Origin: Takakia lepidozioides
Lineage: Eukaryota > Plantae > Bryophyta
Direction: 5' to 3'
DNA length: 64,000 nt
Assembly: GCA_030704615.1 (NCBI GenBank)
Contig: CM060731.1
Location: forward strand, 87,606,001 to 87,670,000
Position 1 is the stretch's first letter; the number at the start of each line of letters is the position of its first letter. The position numbers were made by a program, and so were the translations under genes. This document shows, one piece after another, positions 59,128 through 64,000 of the stretch. The notes under the pieces were generated by a model that saw only the letters and a list, made by a program, of their open reading frames with translations, did no database searches and was not told where the DNA came from.

Positions 59128-60009
59128 TGTTCGGGTGAGAGGGATGTGTCACGCGGCTTTTACTCACCCATCCCTTCGCTATCCGAGGCGGAAACTCCAA
59201 GATAGAAGAGTTGGAAATCTCTAAGCACTCAGCCCGCTCAGAACAATCAGTCATGACCTACAGCTAGTGTATCATGGGGGTGTTCCCTATTTGTTTTCCT
59301 TCCCGCATTCATGTTAGCTAGTTACCTTACTGTTGGTAATTCGTATCAATTTGCTTCAGCAATCTATCGGATTCCATCAACTCATCCATTCATTCCACAG
59401 CTTCACTCAGATCTCTCTACACAGTGTGAGTATGAAGTATGTATCAGATTAATATCTATCAAGTATCAGGCTGAAGCCATGGAGTCTCTAATCTGCTCTA
59501 CATTACAACTCTACTGCTTGCATTCATCAAGCATCAACAGATCGTCCTCCTCCTACTCCGTGCTCTCCCTCTTTCTACTCAGAGATGCGCTCTCTGCCTC
59601 ATTTTCCCCCAGTGATGTCCGAAGTCCCCCCAAGAAGTGATCCTTTTCCAGTCATTGCTCCTCGCTTTATCTTCCTACCCGTTGTTCTAACCGTTTCCCT
59701 CACTAACCGTCATCCGTGAACTAACATGTTCCATTCGCAGATGTTGTTCCCCACAGTCGTTCCCTGTCCTGCTATCCGTTCCCTATGGTCGTGACAGCTG
59801 TGTCAAGCTGTGACTGGTTGTGCGACTGTGTTGGGCTGTGTCGGCTGTGTCGGCTGAGTCGGCTGTGTCGGACTGTGACGGGCTGTGTAACCCCCCCCTA
59901 AAGTGCGCTGCTGTAACCCCTAAGGCTCCTGTTGGTCTCAGTCTGTGCAAAAATTAAGGGTACCCCACAGATCCCGCAAAAGTGTCTAGTCCCAGACAGT
60001 CCTCTAACA
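59128..60009 (-). repeat. 3' LTR (882 bp) of a third LTR family (D)
   Basis: TGTT..AACA ends; preceded on the minus strand by PPT GAGAAGGGAAGGGG; internal ~10-bp GGCTGTGTC tandem array at ~59795-59890. Confidence 0.75.
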
Positions 60010-60047
60010 TTACCCCTTCCCTTCTCAAAAAGCCGTGTCCTCACGGT

Positions 60048-61445
60048 TTACTGTTTGGGATTTGTAACCCTTTGTGAACGAGCACCCTTCTGACGGTTAG
60101 AGTCTCGTGAAGGACTCCGTGTGCGAGCCCGTGTTCTGTCACTGGTTGAGGGAGATGATTGAACAGTACCTGGATATGTCAGTCCCTCTGGAGGCTGATA
60201 TCGAGGTAATCTTTCAGGAGACCCCCGTCGCTTCTTCTCTGCCATCTGAATTGCATAGTTCTCTGCCATGTCAAAAGAGTCCGCTGAAGAAACAGTTGTA
60301 TCAGAATCCTCGTCCCCCCTAAGGTGTTTTAACTGTCGAACTTTAACTAGAATTCTCTGGGGCATACAATGTTGTCCCACCATGTCTGGAAGTTTAAACT
60401 GTAAAACTTGTTGTAAGCGCTGAATTGCAAAATTGGTGAAGACCCTGAGCTCCTTGTCTGTCCAGGTGAGTGTGTACCAATGACTTGTGAATTGTGCAAA
60501 TATTTCCATGCCTCATGTCCCTTAAAGAAAATATCGTCAGGCCCGAATTTCTGTGTTGACAAATTGTTCCAGGCCGCATGAAACCATGAACGAATCTGAG
60601 AATCCTTTTGCATCATAACTTTTGCCTCATATAGGTACATATGAGGTGGCACTGAAGGTAAGACCCAATGATCCCCACTAGAATAACTCAGAAAGCGCGT
60701 TTGCATCTTCTGTTGCTCAATGTGATAACGTACCAGAAAACAAGCAGCGTAGTATAACCCGCAGCCCATGACAATACTTGCTACCTCTTTGGTCTTGGTA
60801 TAAATGAATCCATGCACAACTTGGAAGGCAATTAATTCCTTCAACATGGTACTTGCCTCATGCCAGTACTGCGCAAAGTGATGATCCTCAATTGGTTGAT
60901 TGTTCGGAAGAACTTAGTCCTAGTGGCCACTGGCAGCCAAATGCGCATGATTTGATAGTAATGTGTCAATGACTGCGGAGGACTAAATTCTTCCCAAGCC
61001 AAATCCAACACAATGGGAATTTGGTTGAAGGGCATAATCATAGCCCGACTGTACTCTCGTGCAGGTGGAGTTTTAGGTGGGTTAAAAGCAGCATTCCCCC
61101 ATACCTCAGGCTGTGGTGGCTGTGGTGTGGCTGTAGTAACAACAGGGTCAACTACTGGCACAGTGACTTGTTGTGGTGTTGGTGGCACTGGCTCTTGTAC
61201 CATTGGCATCTCCTGCATCCCCTGTGAAGAAGACTGAAAAACCAAAGTTCTCGCTTGTAAATAAGAAGCCATTAGCTGTTCCTCAGGTACACAGACTCTC
61301 TTGTCGATATTTGAAGTGAGGTCCTCCACTTGAGTCTGCAGGCCGTCTACATCCTCATGTAACTCCGCTATCCTACTATAGACATTGTCTATAGTAGTTG
61401 TGGCAATGTTCTGCACTTGCAGTCTGAGCTCATTCATCTCATTTC
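60048..61445 (-). pseudogene. Accessory ORF immediately upstream of the family D PPT (coiled coil, Pro-rich linker, aromatic-rich domain, basic tail); two frameshifts
   Basis: ORF pieces 61445-60841, 60847-~60510 and 60509-60048 join end to end; no gag/pol motifs. Confidence 0.6.
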
Positions 61446-61479
61446 CGTCCGGGGGTTGAAATGTGACGGCCAACTGCAG

Positions 61480-64000
61480 GCCACTCCCCCCTCCCCGACT
61501 GCATCCGAACCGCCCCGGATGGAAATTCGGCGCCGTTTTTCCATCTGGGATGTTTTTATGCCGTCCAGTTTTCGGCCTGACCCCCCGACACGACTCCCTT
61601 TGGGGGGCCCGGATGGAAATTCGGCGCCGAATCTTCATCCAGGGGATGTTCTCTGTCGCACACACTCCGGCCTCTGCGCCCGAGGCGACTTCATCCGGGC
61701 TTCCTCTGTTGGATATTGGGTGCCGAATTTCCATTCGGGGGTAGTAATGTGAGGGCACGGTGCCGGCTTCTCCCTTTCAGCCGTCATCATCCGGACGGCC
61801 CCCCACTTTCTGACTGCATACCGTTGGCAGTTATTGCGCAAAGACCAGGGGCCGCATTCCGGAGACAAGGTTCATTAACACTCTGACTGTGGATTTTTGA
61901 GATAGTTGGCTCCCTGGATTTGGATCAGGCTTCGTCGCTCGGACAAATCGGCATCGCATTCATTCCCATCGCTGCACCCCCTTCTACCAGGGAGCTTCCC
62001 CGCACGCCATCCTGGCAGTCTTGTGTGCACATCTCCCATGGCGGAAAACCCGAGCGCTACAGTGTACTGCCCTCCTCACGAGCATAGAGCTTCATTTCCG
62101 TGCAGAGGGGACACCTGCCGGGTGATGGAGAAATATCTGTGCGTTCGATACCACCTGAAACCGGGGTCGGTTTTTTTTGGAGGAGGAAAGGAAGGACTCA
62201 AACGGCCTTGTTCGAGAGTATTGTTGTGCTCCACGATGATTTCGGCGATGGCAGGGAATGGCGAGTTCCACCATCGGACAGCGTCATATACAGGGCTGTT
62301 GGGGACTTCATTTGCCCGCCAAATGCACCGTCTATCCTGGCGCCTTCCACGAAACAATCCGCGAATCAGAGAGTGGGTACCTCAAAGAGAGAAGTCCGCA
62401 ACGAAGTAAATCCAGAGCCGAACCCATCCATGAAGACGACCGAGAACCGGGTTGTTCACAACCTGTCCGACTCAGACGAGGTCATGGAAGTTCCGAGGTC
62501 GTCCTGGAGATCAGGCAAGTCCTCAATGGACGTCAGTGGAGGAGGGAGTCATATTCCCAGCACGAGCACCGCAGTTCGATCTATTCTAGAAATTCTGCGA
62601 GGGCTTCACCTGGAGGGACACCGGTCGGAGCTGGCCGGGCTGGACTACAGCAAGTTCGCAATTAAATCGTTACATGCCTTCCCGCCGACGTCGACGGTAA
62701 TATCTTCTTTGAGTTCCCTCCTCGGGCGGACTACTCGAGGGCGTCCGGAATGTTGACAGATATGGATAGAAAACATGACGGTCATCCTTGGTGCGTTACC
62801 AAAACCACCAGCATGAAGATGCTTGATGGTGTGCGGGTGCGCTACGTTGTTTGTGCGGGCGCGTTGCGGTGTTTCTCCCCAACTTGCTTCCACTTTAAAT
62901 CCAAGGTCACAGGAACGAGACCGATTGGACAGGCACAGCTCACCAACCATTTCGAGCTCAGGAGAAGGTTCCGAACTCCACATTTAAGTGTGCGCATTGC
63001 AAAGAACCACCACACTGCATGTCTGTTTGTAATGCCAAGCAGTTCTATGTGTTGCACCGTTTCCCTGACCTCACCCGAGCTTGCATACACGTTGGTTCCC
63101 ATTGTCACAAATTGGCGAGGGGGAACTCGCGGGAGGCTGCCCACGAAGCAGAGCAGCTCGTTCAGGAGGAGGTTAAGTTGAGACCGGGTGCCAAACCCAA
63201 ACAGATACAGCTCCAAGCCGCCCATAAGATGGCATTGGCCAGAATTATGTCGGAAGACGGCTCCGATAGAGTTCCTCTCGACGAGAAGGAAATGGAGGCA
63301 TTGCTGGAGTCGGTGTCCCACGTATGTTCACCGAATGTCCGAAACCACATTGTCTCATGCAAACAGAAAATTGGGCGTGGCTCGGATATGCACTCCATTC
63401 TGGAGGTGAAGCGACGATGTGGATATGACTACATTCATGGAAGTAGGTTTCCAGGACAAGGGACTGAGGCAGATCGTTGTTTCGTATTCAAAATGTCCAC
63501 GTGTGGACCTGGCAGTGGCGTCGAACTGGTCGACAGGATGACGAGTGGGAACTTGTCAAACAGTTGGGTCATGTTCGACCATATCAAGCGAATTACAAAT
63601 CACCAGTGGGTGACAATGGGTGCACATGTCTACGACACCCACTGCAGGATGCTAATGACAATTGCTATTTGTGAGATGAAAGGAGAGGACACACAATCGG
63701 AGATGCTTCTTTGGCAGGGGAAAACGAACAGATGGCCAAGGCGGGATTGCCCCCTCCCAATTTCCGTGGTTTCATGGCGGACAACGCACAAGCAAATTGG
63801 GCTGCCATCCGAAGGGTGTACGGGCAAGACCCCAATGTTCCCATGGAAGGCAAGGGAGAGATCTTGTGGGTTCCATTTTCTGCAGAGCCTTTCGCAGTAC
63901 ACAACCAGGCTCGTGGCGCCAGATTTCAGAGAGGAGCACCGTTTATGTGCCTTGCGTGGAAGCGCGCTCCACCTTGGATGATGCAGAGACACAGTTTGCA
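61480..64000 (+). mobile_element. Mutator-like DNA transposon: left end with subterminal repeats and frameshifted transposase (runs off the window)
   Basis: CCCGGATGGAAATTCGGCGCCG at ~61514 and ~61608, inverted copy at ~61721; ORF pieces with DGHPW..C.G.LRC....C, C..K.....RACIHVGSHCH and WVMFDHIKR..TMGAHVYD..C..MTIAICEM. Confidence 0.65.

Noticed and set aside
61450-61758. N-terminal ~100 aa of the 305-aa minus-strand ORF
   Set aside because: Derived from the GC-rich repeats of the adjacent DNA transposon end, not the accessory gene

Overview
Eukaryotic, repeat-dense window from a land plant with flagellated sperm (bryophyte/lycophyte/fern-like, inferred from IFT57 plus plant kinase and PPR sequences). 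There are two host genes. IFT57 lies on the minus strand (14 small exons reconstructed by hand, ~16303 to 762; the last exon lies left of the window) and has a 9.5-kb intron filled with LINE/SINE debris. The second is an intronless LysM-RLK-related cytoplasmic (pseudo)kinase at 34515-35798. The rest is nested mobile DNA: four copies of Ty3/Gypsy chromovirus family A (one full-length with TSD, 23721-30618), a second chromovirus (family B, 43465-49472) nested in an A copy, the 3' end of a third LTR family with a large accessory ORF, two CACTA remnants, a Mutator-like transposase, a foldback element, tRNA-derived SINEs and a PLS-PPR pseudogene. The most unusual observation is a pair of tandem, mutually paralogous small ORFs (66 and 75 aa) between the PBS and gag of family B. 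Also notable are a covarying RGGA-loop hairpin 27-29 nt before the LTR start in three LTR families (duplicated in family A around a structured ~870-nt region) and relics of large unassigned accessory genes. All homology calls are from recalled family motifs; no searches were run.
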